Assembly: GCA_038867615.1 (NCBI GenBank) | Contig: JAWBYA010000005.1 | Location: 32,001-96,000, forward strand | Source: Sulfolobales archaeon | GTDB lineage: Archaea; Thermoproteota; Thermoprotei_A; Sulfolobales; AG1 | Length of the DNA: 64,000 bases | Direction: 5' to 3' | Part shown: positions 1-10,444 of the stretch, one piece after another | Layout of the letters: the number at the start of each line of letters is the position of its first letter | Position numbering within the stretch: position 1 is the first letter of the stretch | Notes under the pieces: model-generated | The model's database searches: none | Told to the model about the DNA's origin: nothing | What the model saw: the letters and a program-made list of their open reading frames with translations, nothing else | Translations under genes and position numbers: made by a program

Positions 1-1
1 T

Positions 2-220
2 AAGATTAGAGAGGTTCTAAATAGCGAGAGCTTCGACACACCATTTGGAAGGGTGAGGTTCAGAGACCAAATAATAGACCCTCCACTGATCCTCTTTATA
101 CAGTATCAAGACGGCCTAGCCCAGCCAGTCTTCATAGCCTCTGGAAGATACCCCGATACAAAGCCGGCGCAAATCGCAGCCCTCGCTGATATTATATACC
201 CCAAACCACAGTGGTCCTAG
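2..220 (+). CDS. C-terminal fragment of a branched-chain amino acid ABC transporter substrate-binding protein (runs off the window start)
   Basis: Frame 2 reads KIREVLNSESFDTPFGRVRFRDQIIDPPLILFIQYQDG...IYPKPQWS*, clearly paralogous to the C-terminus of 62180..63475 (KIKRVLDSETFNIPFG...VRFVNQTIDPP...QYQGG...IYPKPEWS). Confidence 0.85.
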   Translation, partial: KIREVLNSESFDTPFGRVRFRDQIIDPPLILFIQYQDGLAQPVFIASGRYPDTKPAQIAALADIIYPKPQWS

Positions 221-243
221 CAAAATCTGTTTTTATTTAGGAC

Positions 244-470
244 AGCCGTTTGTCCCTGGATGTTCATCCCAATCATTTTTTTATTCATGGTCCATCCAGG
301 GACTTCCACCTCAACCCTCAGGATCTCGGATCTCTAATCCTGCGGGGTCATGGGCGACTGTCGAGCCAAACGGCACGTGGCTCCCATCTAGCTTTGCCCC
401 CGGGTGGCTTGGAGCGATGCTTCCATCACCACCCGGGACCTGTGTGGGGAAGACCCACACCAGGAGCGCT
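244..470 (-). ncRNA. Candidate structured ncRNA, family A copy 1
   Basis: Successive GC-rich hairpins (about 315-347, 363-383, 399-437, 439-464). TATA-like TATTTATAATCT at 480-491 on the minus strand. Shares hairpins, promoter 12-mer and 3' motif with 61948..62146. Confidence 0.55.
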
Positions 471-530
471 TTCTTTCAGAGATTATAAATACCCATGGTT
501 TCCAAAGCCTATTAATCCTCCCTATGTATA

Positions 531-1532
531 TCAAAAAGAAGACAGCCCCATTATTGGGTATTTTTTCTGTATTATCCATTTAAACGCTGCATCAGCCGCA
601 GAGGCTCCTTCCGCTGCTGATACCACCACCTGTTGGAAGTAATACTTATTCTTTCCACCCGCGCAATCGCCTGCCGCGAAGATCCCCTCTATATTTGTAT
701 ATCCTCCCGGCTTAACATCAATCAATCCATGCTCATCAACCTCTAAGCCGATCTTTTTGAAGAAATCCGTAGGCGGCTGGTTACCGATCTCTATGAACAC
801 GCCCTCCACATCCACCTTTCTCGTCTCGCCCGTCTTTAGATTCTTGATCACAGCATATCTAACCTCCCTATCGCCCCCTATCTCAGATACCGTGCTATTG
901 AATATAACCTCGATCTTATCACTATGCTTATTTAGTGCTTCGACATATATTGGGAATGCCCTGAGCTTCTCACCCCTTGTCACAAGATAGATCTTAGATG
1001 CATAGCCAACGGCATGTATAGCTCCTGTAACGCCTGAGTTACCTCCACCAACGATCACTATCCTCTTACCCTTAAAGAAGGGTACATCACACACGGTGCA
1101 GTAGCTAACACCCCTCCCAGCAAACTCAGCCTCTCCCGGGACGCCTAGCTTTTTCCTCTCAAGCCCTACAGCTATTATCACAGCCCTAGCCTTGTAAACC
1201 CTGCCGCTTCTCGTATATATTGAGAAGAAATCACCATCTCTCTTTATATCCTCAACCCTATCCCTCTCTATCGGTACACCGTGTTTCTCAACATGTCTAA
1301 CAAAACTCTGGATCAGCTGTGAGGCCTCAACCTCTATAAAGCCTGGATAATCATCTACAAGACCCGCACTAGCCAGCTGTCCTCCTATTGTTTCTCCTAT
1401 AAGAAGGGTTTTCAGTTTATATCTAGCTGCATAGAGTGCAGCAGATAGTCCAGCAGGCCCTGCACCAACAACGATCACGTCGTATTTATCTTCGAGGGGT
1501 TTTCTCTCAAAACCCTTTAATCTAAACGACAT
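531..1532 (-). CDS. trxB: Thioredoxin-disulfide reductase
   Basis: GAGPAG FAD motif, redox CTVCD motif after GRGVSY, GGGNSG NADPH motif, FAAGD. Confidence 0.92.
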   Translation of the reverse strand: MSFRLKGFERKPLEDKYDVIVVGAGPAGLSAALYAARYKLKTLLIGETIGGQLASAGLVDDYPGFIEVEASQLIQSFVRHVEKHGVPIERDRVEDIKRDGDFFSIYTRSGRVYKARAVIIAVGLERKKLGVPGEAEFAGRGVSYCTVCDVPFFKGKRIVIVGGGNSGVTGAIHAVGYASKIYLVTRGEKLRAFPIYVEALNKHSDKIEVIFNSTVSEIGGDREVRYAVIKNLKTGETRKVDVEGVFIEIGNQPPTDFFKKIGLEVDEHGLIDVKPGGYTNIEGIFAAGDCAGGKNKYYFQQVVVSAAEGASAADAAFKWIIQKKYPIMGLSSF

Positions 1533-1617
1533 CTCGACCTCAACCTAGAATTATAAGTGGCATAGCTGCTTATATTATTTAACTATCCATAGACCTAGAT
1601 CTCACAGTGCTAGAGTG

Positions 1618-1932
1618 CTAGGGTTTCTCCTCAACACCAGTAGATCTTCTAAGCATGTTCCTCAAGAAAGCATCCTGGGGAGCATCTCTATAATGCTCAG
1701 CCTTCTCAGCAAGGATCTCGAGCTCCTCGAGGGTAGCGTAGTCCAGGGGCTCGCCCCTCATACCATCCCTGTTCCACTCGTTAACAAGCCTATCCATGAT
1801 CCTCTCGACATCCTTATCAGAATAGAAGAGAGCTTTAACCCAGCTATTCCTATTCTCCTCAATATTCTCAACAATAATCCTGATAAGATCCTCTCTCCTA
1901 GGCAAACAGTACCATCCAGTATAGTTATACAC
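1618..1932 (-). CDS. Hypothetical protein (true start possibly the TTG before PRRED)
   Basis: Open 104-aa ORF with natural charged composition, co-oriented with trxB. Confidence 0.7.
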   Translation of the reverse strand: MYNYTGWYCLPRREDLIRIIVENIEENRNSWVKALFYSDKDVERIMDRLVNEWNRDGMRGEPLDYATLEELEILAEKAEHYRDAPQDAFLRNMLRRSTGVEEKP

Positions 1933-2213
1933 AAACCCGATTAATATACTCCTAATCCCACCAAAGATCAGCCATATATACCGTGGATCATGGATATATG
2001 CTTGAGCACCACAGATCCTAGAGCAGTGCTCTGCAAAGGAAGTAAGATCTAGAAGAGGTGTGCTGAAGCCCGAGAGAAAAATACAGGATTGGATGTATAG
2101 CTATACCGGGTATACGACCCTTCTGAAGGGTAAGCTAGTAGAATTTTAGGAGATAAGGACAAACAGAGAGATTATTATTGCCTTTAACCATATTTTAGTT
2201 TGGGGAAGATGTT

Positions 2214-2873
2214 TTGCCCATGTTCAGAGAAGTGGGTAGGGATCACCAGCGATATATGGACCACGATATAGCTATGCTTGAGAAGGCTTTGAAAGGAACT
2301 ACAACGGTTGGGCTTGTGACCAAAGAGGCCGTGGTCATGGCGGCTGATAAGAGGGCTACTGCCGGCATGTATATAGCCCACAAGAATGTTAGGAAGATAG
2401 AGCCTATAGATGAGAGATCAGCTCTGACAATATCAGGGCTTGTTGCCGATGCACAGACACTGGCTGATTATCTTAGATATAGAGCCAGGCTCTACTATGT
2501 AATGACAGGAACTCCTATGAGCATCAAGTCCATGGCCAGCCTACTAGCCCTGATCCTCAATAGCTCCAAGTACTTCCCATTCATAGTCCAGCTCCTCCTA
2601 GGGGGTATAGATGATAAGCCCAGGCTATACCAGATAGAGTTCTTTGGAAGCGTTACCGAGGAGAAGTTCGTAGCAACAGGAAGCGGTAGCCCCATAGCCA
2701 TAGGAGTGCTTGAGGCCGGGTATTCCGAGGATCTCGGGGTCGAGCAGGCTGTGAACCTGGCTAGAGAGGCTATAACATCGTCTATAAAGAGGGATGCCTA
2801 TACGGGAGAGGGTATAGATGTGGTGGTTATAACAAAGAATGGTGTGAAGAGCCACTACTTCCCAGTGAAATAG
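2214..2873 (+). CDS. psmB: Proteasome subunit beta
   Basis: Propeptide followed by KG|TTTVG catalytic Thr, AADKRAT, ATGSGS, RDAYTG. Confidence 0.95.
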   Translation: MPMFREVGRDHQRYMDHDIAMLEKALKGTTTVGLVTKEAVVMAADKRATAGMYIAHKNVRKIEPIDERSALTISGLVADAQTLADYLRYRARLYYVMTGTPMSIKSMASLLALILNSSKYFPFIVQLLLGGIDDKPRLYQIEFFGSVTEEKFVATGSGSPIAIGVLEAGYSEDLGVEQAVNLAREAITSSIKRDAYTGEGIDVVVITKNGVKSHYFPVK

Positions 2874-2892
2874 GGGGGTTAACACGTAGAGG

Positions 2893-4842
2893 ATGGTTTT
2901 CGTGAGAGATAGACTTCTCGACGAGATAAGAAAGGTGATTATGGAGAACATACCTCCCGAGGCCGAGATGCGCAGAGTCGAGTTCGAAGGACCCTATCTA
3001 GTGATCTATGTGAGAAACCCCGGGTTTCTTAAGTCAGAGACATCTGCTATAAAGAACATAGCCAAGATCCTTAGAAAAAGGATCATTGTCAAGGTAGATC
3101 CCCAGGCTAGGAAGAAACCCCAGGAGGCTAGATCAAAGATCCTCGAGCTAGTACCAAGCGAGGCTGGCGTGGGTGAGAAGGATATAGAGTTCGACGAGGT
3201 TTTGGGAGAAGTAGTTATAAAGGCTGCAAAGCCAGGGCTCGTTATAGGGGCTGAGGGGGAGAATCTAAAGAGAATCCTCGTAGAGACTGGGTGGAGACCA
3301 AGGGTTGTTAGAAAACCCCCCATAAAGTCAGGGCTTCTAGAGGGGATAATAAACTATATGATGAATGAGAGCGACTATAGGTTGAAATTCCTTAGAAGGG
3401 CTAGCGAGAAGATACACGTAGATCCTCTCTTCAAAAGCGATACCGTTAGAATCACAGCCCTCGGAGGCTTCATGGAGGTTGGTAGATCCGCTATCCTTCT
3501 CGAAACACCTAATAGCAAGATCCTCCTGGACTTCGGCCTAAACCCAGGGATTAACACGCCGCCAAACATGTATCCCAGGATAGATATGCTCAACATAGCC
3601 CCCGAAGAGATAGATGCGGTTGTTGTAACACACGCCCACGTGGATCACTGTGGATTAGTACCATTCCTCTTCAAATACGGCTACGACGGTCCTGTATATA
3701 CCACAGAGGCTACCAGAGATCTCATGGCCCTCATGCAGCTAGATATACTCGATGTTGCGAGGAGAGAGGGAAACCCGATCCCGTTCACACAGAGGGAGGT
3801 TCAGAAGATGGTGCTCCACACAATACCCCTGAAGTACGGGGATACGACTGATATAGCCCCCGATGTTAAGATAACTCTCTATAATGCTGGCCATATACTG
3901 GGCTCTGCTATGGTTCACATATATGCTGGAAACCCAGCCGGGGGCGGGATCAATATACTCTATAGCGGTGATATAAAGTTCCAGAGGACAAGGCTTCTCG
4001 AGAGGGCTAGTGTTGAGGAGATCCCTAGGGTTGATATCCTTATCCTGGAGAGTACCTATGGTGCAACAGATCTCCCGCCAAGGAACGAGGCTGAGGAGAA
4101 GCTCATCGAGATCATTAAAAAGACTGTTGAGAGAAAAGGAAAGGTCCTGATCCCCACGCTAAGCGTTGGGAGGGCTCAGGAGATAATGCTCGTCCTAAGA
4201 TCTGCTATGATGGAGAAGAAGCTCGACGAGATCCCAGTATATATAGAGGGGATGATAGACGAGGTGACAGCAATACACACAGCCTACCCAGAGCTCCTAT
4301 CGAGAGAAACCTTCGCTCTATTTAAGAGCGGTGAGAATCCCTTCAGCTACACAACCTTCAAGAGGGTTGAGGATAGAAGGGCTAGGAGCGATATTATAGA
4401 CGCTCCCGAGAGCAGTGTGATCATGGCTACAAGCGGTATGCTCACAGGAGGCCCGGCTGTTGAGTACTTCAAACTCCTAGCAGGGGATCCTAGGAACACT
4501 ATGGTGTTTGTAAACTACCAGGTTAAGGGAACACTGGGGAGAAGAATCAAGGATGGGGAGAAGGAGATACAGCTCCATGAAGAGGATGGGAGAATAGTTA
4601 CCGTGAAGGTTAACATGGAGATCCAGAGCGTCGAGGGCTTCTCAGGACACAGCGATAGAAAACAGCTAGTGAGATTCGTTGAAAGCCTCCCAACAATTCC
4701 GAAAAAAATAATACTGAATCACGGAGAACCATCAGCCATAGCCTCGCTCGCTAAAGAGCTAGGCAAAAGCAAGGATATCAGGGTGAGAACAGCCGATATA
4801 ATAATGCCCAATGTCCTAGACACCCTAACCTTCAAACCATAG
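2893..4842 (+). CDS. fttA: Beta-CASP ribonuclease aCPSF1 / transcription termination factor FttA
   Basis: N-terminal KH domains, THAHVDH MBL motif, AGHILGSA, ESTYG, GFSGHSD, NHGE; follows psmB as in the conserved archaeal pairing. Confidence 0.93.
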   Translation: MVFVRDRLLDEIRKVIMENIPPEAEMRRVEFEGPYLVIYVRNPGFLKSETSAIKNIAKILRKRIIVKVDPQARKKPQEARSKILELVPSEAGVGEKDIEFDEVLGEVVIKAAKPGLVIGAEGENLKRILVETGWRPRVVRKPPIKSGLLEGIINYMMNESDYRLKFLRRASEKIHVDPLFKSDTVRITALGGFMEVGRSAILLETPNSKILLDFGLNPGINTPPNMYPRIDMLNIAPEEIDAVVVTHAHVDHCGLVPFLFKYGYDGPVYTTEATRDLMALMQLDILDVARREGNPIPFTQREVQKMVLHTIPLKYGDTTDIAPDVKITLYNAGHILGSAMVHIYAGNPAGGGINILYSGDIKFQRTRLLERASVEEIPRVDILILESTYGATDLPPRNEAEEKLIEIIKKTVERKGKVLIPTLSVGRAQEIMLVLRSAMMEKKLDEIPVYIEGMIDEVTAIHTAYPELLSRETFALFKSGENPFSYTTFKRVEDRRARSDIIDAPESSVIMATSGMLTGGPAVEYFKLLAGDPRNTMVFVNYQVKGTLGRRIKDGEKEIQLHEEDGRIVTVKVNMEIQSVEGFSGHSDRKQLVRFVESLPTIPKKIILNHGEPSAIASLAKELGKSKDIRVRTADIIMPNVLDTLTFKP

Positions 4843-4846
4843 AGAT

Positions 4847-6178
4847 CTACTCTTTAGAGAGCAGCTCTCCCAGAATATCTATATAGAACCTTTTAGCCCT
4901 CTCAAGGCTCCAGATCTCGACATACTCGTCATAGCCATGCACATTACCGCCAACTGGTCCGAAGTCTATGGATTCAACACCCTCTGGGGAGAAGTATCTA
5001 GAATCACTCGCACCAGCCCTCTCAACAACCTTTGCAGGGAGCCCCATCCTCTCAAGAATCCTCAATGCTTTAGAAACGATCCTCGAGGTTCTTGGTGTGT
5101 TTAGATAGCCCCCGCCCCCGGATACTCTGTATCTAATCCTAACAGATAGATCTTCTAGCAGGTTCTTGACAGCCCTCTCAAGCTTAGAGCTATCCTTGAG
5201 AGGAGCTCTAACATCTACCTCGAATACGTGTTTAGACCCATCAGTATAGTACATATTAGGCGTCGCTGTAACACCATATAGGCTGGGGAAATCCAGCTCT
5301 ACGGATATCCTGGTGAGTGGTAGCAGTGTTTTCACAAGCTCTGTGAGCGATAGATCTGCTTGCTGCTCATCAGCACCCTCTCCAACCACTTCAGCCCATA
5401 CCCTCTGTGGAAGCACGTTTGACTTGACAAAATCCCCTCCCAGGCTTGATAAGAGGAGATCTTGTTCCGAGACCTCTCTAGCCAGGTCTATGAGGGGGTG
5501 AACATCAGAGCCCGAGATGAAATATGCCGCGTGATAGCTCGCACTCCTAAGCGTCTTCTCAACCCTCTTCCTAGAGCCCTTTGTTTTTATCCTGGCAGCT
5601 TCTGCCTCGATCACTATTTTGAAAGCACTCCTCCTCCTGTTTATAACAACAAGACCAGCGCCATCGCCATTAACAAGGAAGTCTGGGAAAAGGGCTTTAT
5701 TCCTCAGATAGTCTCTAAGAACCCTCGCACCGTTATAACCCCCTATTTCCTCATCACCTGTAAAGGCTACTACGAGGGTTCCTCCAAGCTTATCCACGAC
5801 CCTGGTCATATCTCTATAAGCTGAGGCTATAGAGGCAACATTGCCTAGATCATCCGCGGACCCCCTACCATAGAGTCTACCTTCTCTCTCAACCGGTGTG
5901 AACGGATCAAAACTCCACGAGGGCCCCGGAGGGACTACATCGTAGTGGGCTAGATAGAGCACCACAGGCCTTCCAGAACCATATATATCGAATAGCGTGT
6001 AGAATCCATTGCTCTCAATACTCTTAGGATCCATCCCCGATCTCTTCATAGCATCTAGAACCCCCTCTACGCATGCAGATCCTGGTTTAACACCTCCTGA
6101 AGGGTCGTTAACACATCTCAATGGTATTAGTCTCTTTAACAACTCCAGAGGATCTATTACTAACCACCCAAGCATCAT
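4847..6178 (-). CDS. M20/M25/M40 family metallopeptidase (ArgE/DapE-like)
   Basis: AHYDVVP, GRGSADDLG, GDEEIGG, GNVHGYDE. Confidence 0.88.
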   Translation of the reverse strand: MMLGWLVIDPLELLKRLIPLRCVNDPSGGVKPGSACVEGVLDAMKRSGMDPKSIESNGFYTLFDIYGSGRPVVLYLAHYDVVPPGPSWSFDPFTPVEREGRLYGRGSADDLGNVASIASAYRDMTRVVDKLGGTLVVAFTGDEEIGGYNGARVLRDYLRNKALFPDFLVNGDGAGLVVINRRRSAFKIVIEAEAARIKTKGSRKRVEKTLRSASYHAAYFISGSDVHPLIDLAREVSEQDLLLSSLGGDFVKSNVLPQRVWAEVVGEGADEQQADLSLTELVKTLLPLTRISVELDFPSLYGVTATPNMYYTDGSKHVFEVDVRAPLKDSSKLERAVKNLLEDLSVRIRYRVSGGGGYLNTPRTSRIVSKALRILERMGLPAKVVERAGASDSRYFSPEGVESIDFGPVGGNVHGYDEYVEIWSLERAKRFYIDILGELLSKE

Positions 6179-6293
6179 TGGGTATGGAGAGCTTATATGT
6201 TAATTATAAATCGATTAACAGCCCCTTAGCATCCCTGCTCATAGTATGGTAGTATTAAAAAGGAATATTAGTCATAAGAGCTCTGAGAAGTTC

Positions 6294-6971
6294 TTATAGC
6301 TTTATTATGCTCATCGCGTCTCCGTATTTTTTCTTGAAGTTCTCCATAGTCTCTACGGTTTTCTTATATATCCTGATCAGCTCATTAATAGGATCTGGGT
6401 GATCATCTACCCTCAGGTTATACTCCCACCTCGGGTTCTTAGAGGCTATTAGGAGTGCTGCAGACTGCTTACCTCTAGTATCGCCGCCAGCCTCCTCTCC
6501 AGCCTTGATAGCGTTTAGCAGCCTCACCGGGAATGGATCGTTTCTCGACTCTCTATAAGCCTTTACCATTGCTTCAAGCACCTGGGGCCCCGCTATTATG
6601 TTACCCGCTACGGCGAGATCGTTCTCAACGATATGCCCAGCCCATGGTATGCATTTAGAGCCTGTATAGCCATAAGCAGTCTCGCGATCAACCCCTATAA
6701 CCTGTCTATACTCCCTATAGGGATCCACCTTTAATAGCGACTCAATAGCATCGCCTATCCTAACACCAAACTCGGCTATCCTAACGGCTTTTCTCCCTAT
6801 CTCTACATTAACAAACGCCTGGGTTGACACAGCAGCTACTCCGGGGATTGCGTGGGGAGCTACAGAGCCAACAGCAGGGGCTGCTGTGGCTATCGCGATC
6901 CCGAGATCCCCTGTATCGGGGTCTCTCGCCACTATCGAGAATGTTCCTAGTAGCAGGTGCATGGTTAGCAC
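6294..6971 (-). CDS. DUF1028 family Ntn-hydrolase-like protein
   Basis: TFSIVARDP, STQA, AGN, GGDTRGKQSAA, LRVDDHPDP. Confidence 0.88.
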   Translation of the reverse strand: MLTMHLLLGTFSIVARDPDTGDLGIAIATAAPAVGSVAPHAIPGVAAVSTQAFVNVEIGRKAVRIAEFGVRIGDAIESLLKVDPYREYRQVIGVDRETAYGYTGSKCIPWAGHIVENDLAVAGNIIAGPQVLEAMVKAYRESRNDPFPVRLLNAIKAGEEAGGDTRGKQSAALLIASKNPRWEYNLRVDDHPDPINELIRIYKKTVETMENFKKKYGDAMSIIKL

Positions 6972-7030
6972 CGCTTTTCTATTGTGGTGGTGAGATATAA
7001 GCTTGGTTTTATAATGAATCCGGGACTCCT

Positions 7031-7483
7031 ATGAGGATCCGGTATTCGGGATCCTTTGATGTTGCATCACCCAAGGAGAAGGTGTATAGATTCCTAACAG
7101 ATCCTGAGAGGGTTGCGAAAACATTCCCAGGAGTCGAGAGAGTAGAGGTTACCGATGAGAATAACTTCTCGGTTAGAGCCACCCTCGGCATAGGACCCCT
7201 GAGGGGTAGTATGAGTTTCAAGCTAAGGTTTGATGAGAAGAGAGCTCCAGAACATGCTAGGGTTGTTGGCAGAGGGGTGGGGCTCCAAAGCACTGCTGAT
7301 ATCTCGCTAACATTCGATCTAGAGGATCTGGGCGGAGGTACCAGGGTTAAATGGTCTTTCGAGGGCAACGTGGGAGGGCTTGTAGGCTCTCTGGGAGGCA
7401 GGGTTCTGGATGATGTTGCTAAGAGGCTTGTAGACGAGGTTATAGCCAATATAAAGGCCTATATAGAGAGTGGCCAGGTGTGA
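7031..7483 (+). CDS. coxG: CoxG / SRPBCC family protein
   Basis: FLTDPE..A..FPG and GNVGGLVGSLGGRVL signatures of CoxG. Confidence 0.8.
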   Translation: MRIRYSGSFDVASPKEKVYRFLTDPERVAKTFPGVERVEVTDENNFSVRATLGIGPLRGSMSFKLRFDEKRAPEHARVVGRGVGLQSTADISLTFDLEDLGGGTRVKWSFEGNVGGLVGSLGGRVLDDVAKRLVDEVIANIKAYIESGQV

Positions 7484-7560
7484 GACCTCAAGCTATATAA
7501 TCTTTATACCAGGTTGAGGCTATATATCCTCACACGTTTATTTAAATTGGTGCTAATGGG

Positions 7561-8817
7561 TTGAGACCAGGGCTTGAGAGGATAAAGCCTCCTAGTGATG
7601 GTTCCTTCATAGAATATGTAGACGGCTCCTACAAGGTTCCTGACAAGCCGATAATAGCCTATATAGAGGGGGACGGGATAGGGCCTGAGGTTACAAGCTC
7701 CGCCAGAGCTGTTCTCGATGCCGCTGTTGAGAAGGTCTATGGGAAGGCCAGGAGGATTGTTTGGTGGGAGCTCTATGCGGGGTATAAGGCTGAGAAGCTC
7801 TTCGGAAACCTCCTCCCAGAGGACACTCTTACCGGGATGATGATGGCTAAGGTTACTCTCAAAGGCCCCCTGGAGACTCCTATAGGTACTGGTCATAGAT
7901 CTATTAATGTTGCTATTAGGCAGAAACTCGATCTATATTCTAATATAAGGCCTGTTAAGTATTTCAGAGGCGTCCCAGCCCCGAGCAGGTATGCCGATAA
8001 GGTAAACCTCATAATCTTTAGAGAGAACACGGAAGACGTGTATGCTGGGATAGAGTGGCAGGCCGGGGGTAGAGAGGCGCTAAAGGTGATCGAATTTCTC
8101 CACAGAGAGTTCGGAATAGAGCTCACACCAGACACAGGGATCGGTTTAAAGCCTATCAGTGAGTGGAAAACCAAGAGACACGCTAGAAAAGCCCTCAGAT
8201 ATGCTATTAAACATAGTAGAAGGGTTGTTACATTCATGCATAAGGGTAATATTATGAAGTACACCGAAGGCGCCTTCGTAAACTGGGGGTACGAGGTTGC
8301 CCTAAACGAGTTCAGAGAATATGTGGTTACAGAGAAAGAGGTTAACGAGCAATACGGGGGCAAGCAGCCTGAGGGGAAGATACTTGTTAACGACCGTGTT
8401 GCTGACAACATGTTCCAGCAGATAATAACAAGACCGTGGGACTATGATGTCATAGTAACACCTAATCTCAACGGCGACTATCTAAGCGATGCCGCAAGCG
8501 CCCTCGTAGGAGGGATAGGACTAGCCCCGGGACTCAATGCTGGCGATATATATGCATTCGCAGAGCCCGTGCATGGAACAGCGCCTAAGTATGCTGGCAA
8601 GAGTGTGGCTAACCCCTCAGCAACCATACTTGCTGGGGCGATGCTTTTAGAGCATATAGGTTGGGTTGAGGCTTCGAACCTGATCTGGAGGGCTGTTGAG
8701 GAGACCATAGCGTCTGGCAAGATGACCCAGGATCTTGCAAGGCACTATGAGAATGTAAAACCACTATCAACAAAAGAGTTCACAGAGGCTGTTATAGAGA
8801 CTCTGAAGAGCCTTTGA
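7561..8817 (+). CDS. icd: Isocitrate dehydrogenase (NADP-type)
   Basis: IEGDGIGPE, KGPLETP, RSINVAIRQ, FRENTEDVY, HKGNIMKYTEG, PNLNGDYLSD, EPVHGTAPKYAG. Confidence 0.95.
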   Translation: MRPGLERIKPPSDGSFIEYVDGSYKVPDKPIIAYIEGDGIGPEVTSSARAVLDAAVEKVYGKARRIVWWELYAGYKAEKLFGNLLPEDTLTGMMMAKVTLKGPLETPIGTGHRSINVAIRQKLDLYSNIRPVKYFRGVPAPSRYADKVNLIIFRENTEDVYAGIEWQAGGREALKVIEFLHREFGIELTPDTGIGLKPISEWKTKRHARKALRYAIKHSRRVVTFMHKGNIMKYTEGAFVNWGYEVALNEFREYVVTEKEVNEQYGGKQPEGKILVNDRVADNMFQQIITRPWDYDVIVTPNLNGDYLSDAASALVGGIGLAPGLNAGDIYAFAEPVHGTAPKYAGKSVANPSATILAGAMLLEHIGWVEASNLIWRAVEETIASGKMTQDLARHYENVKPLSTKEFTEAVIETLKSL

Positions 8818-9305
8818 GAGTGCTGGTTATATTGAACAACTTATCAAGGATCATAATAGCTTTTTTAATATATATGATCTCGATGTATATGGCGATAATG
8901 ATCATACCATCAGCATTGGGAAGCAGCCCCGCACTCTATATAAGACCCTACCAGCTGATGGTATTCTCAAACATAGCTATCCTGATCCTCTTCACAATAG
9001 CCTACCTAGCCCTGGGAAGCATGCTACTCATCTACACAATACAGATAGCACTAGCATCGCTAGCAATAACATACTACCTAGACATAGCCTACAGGATCAG
9101 CCAAGGAATCGAGATCATCATATACCCCCTATTCACACTCATAAAAGACTCACAAGGATCATCACTCTCAATAGACCTCGCACAGATCTCCATAATAGCC
9201 CTAGTACTCATAAACCTAAGGGATAAGATCCGTGGAAAAGGCCTAGATCAGTCTAACAGTACCCCGAGCACTGTTCCCAACACCCCCGACAACCTCAATA
9301 ACTAG
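8814..9305 (+). CDS. Hypothetical membrane protein
   Basis: TTGA overlap with the icd stop; about 4 hydrophobic segments. Confidence 0.7.
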   Translation: MRVLVILNNLSRIIIAFLIYMISMYMAIMIIPSALGSSPALYIRPYQLMVFSNIAILILFTIAYLALGSMLLIYTIQIALASLAITYYLDIAYRISQGIEIIIYPLFTLIKDSQGSSLSIDLAQISIIALVLINLRDKIRGKGLDQSNSTPSTVPNTPDNLNN

Positions 9306-9470
9306 ATCCAAGGCGGGTCTAATCACTCTTGAGAGAAGCTTGATCACTGATCCTCTGAACATTTCGATGCTTTTCCATATCTTTTATGGAGTCTCGCTAA
9401 CCGCAGTTGTTTTCCTCCATCTCTGCGGGATGGTTTTAAGGTCTCTTGTAGACATTTAGCTGGGATTTAG

Positions 9471-10379
9471 ATGTCCTGGCATAGGATCTCGAGGGATGTT
9501 TACTCTATAGAGGTGGGTCCCCAGGGGTGTGAGGGCTATATACAATCATATATAGTTATAGGTCCCGAGCAGGGGGTAGCGATCATAGATCCCGGTCCTA
9601 GGAATTCGGCTGAAAGGCTCCTTAACGGTTTGAGGGAGCTGGGAGTTGATTTCAGGAATGTTAAGCACATAATCCTCACCCATATACATCTAGATCATGG
9701 TGGCGGTGCTGATACTGTTGCTAAGAGAATAGGAAATGCTACCGTTTATGTGCATCCCGTGGGTTATAAACATGTGATCGATCCCAGCAAGCTGTGGGCA
9801 GCATCTAGAGAGGTTCTCGGAAGAGTTGCCGAGATCTATGGCGAGCCTGAGAGAGGCGAGGGTATCATGGTTAGAGAGCTCCACGACGGCTCCGAGGTTC
9901 TGCTCGATGGTGTGAGGCTTAAGGTGATCCACACGCCTGGGCATGCTTCACACCATCTATCGATATACTCAGAGGATCTAGACATGCTTTTCGCGGGAGA
10001 CGCTGCCGGGATCTATGTTCCTCCAGAGGATCTCATCTACCCCACAACCCCTCCCCCGTTTAGATATCAACAATACATCGAATCCCTCGACAAAATGATC
10101 CAGGTAAAGCCAGAGGCTGTAGCCTTCCCACACATGGGTGTGAGGATCGGATCAAGTATTCTTGAGAAGGCTAGGAGCCAGATTATAGCCTGGTTCGAGC
10201 TCGCACTAAGAGGAGCCGAAAGCCTCGACGAGATCCTCAAGATCGAGGCAAACCTGAAGAAATACTTAGAAAAGAGCGGAAGGAGCGATATGTGTAGAGA
10301 GGTTGAGGGGAAGAACCTGGAAATCACGATTAAGGGACTTAGAGAAGAGGCCCTCAGGATCTCCTCAAGCCATACCTAA
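9471..10379 (+). CDS. MBL-fold metallo-hydrolase
   Basis: THIHLDH, TPGHASHH, FAGD motifs. Confidence 0.9.
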   Translation: MSWHRISRDVYSIEVGPQGCEGYIQSYIVIGPEQGVAIIDPGPRNSAERLLNGLRELGVDFRNVKHIILTHIHLDHGGGADTVAKRIGNATVYVHPVGYKHVIDPSKLWAASREVLGRVAEIYGEPERGEGIMVRELHDGSEVLLDGVRLKVIHTPGHASHHLSIYSEDLDMLFAGDAAGIYVPPEDLIYPTTPPPFRYQQYIESLDKMIQVKPEAVAFPHMGVRIGSSILEKARSQIIAWFELALRGAESLDEILKIEANLKKYLEKSGRSDMCREVEGKNLEITIKGLREEALRISSSHT

Positions 10380-10444
10380 CCTGGACTGTTTTCATAATTG
10401 ATATTCATCTGGATGGTGATGAAAGCAAAGCTCTAAACCATCTA

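Noticed and set aside
280-470. SRP RNA, RNase P RNA or fluoride riboswitch
   Set aside because: No SRP helix 8 motif, no RNase P GAGGAAAGUCC-type P4 elements, and GGTGATGG is not followed by the crcB pseudoknot pattern; a diverged second copy also argues against a single-copy housekeeping RNA
250-642. 130-aa plus-strand ORF and the 63-aa ORF at 388..579
   Set aside because: They overlap the trxB 3' end, have atypical composition, and the region is better explained by a structured RNA repeated elsewhere
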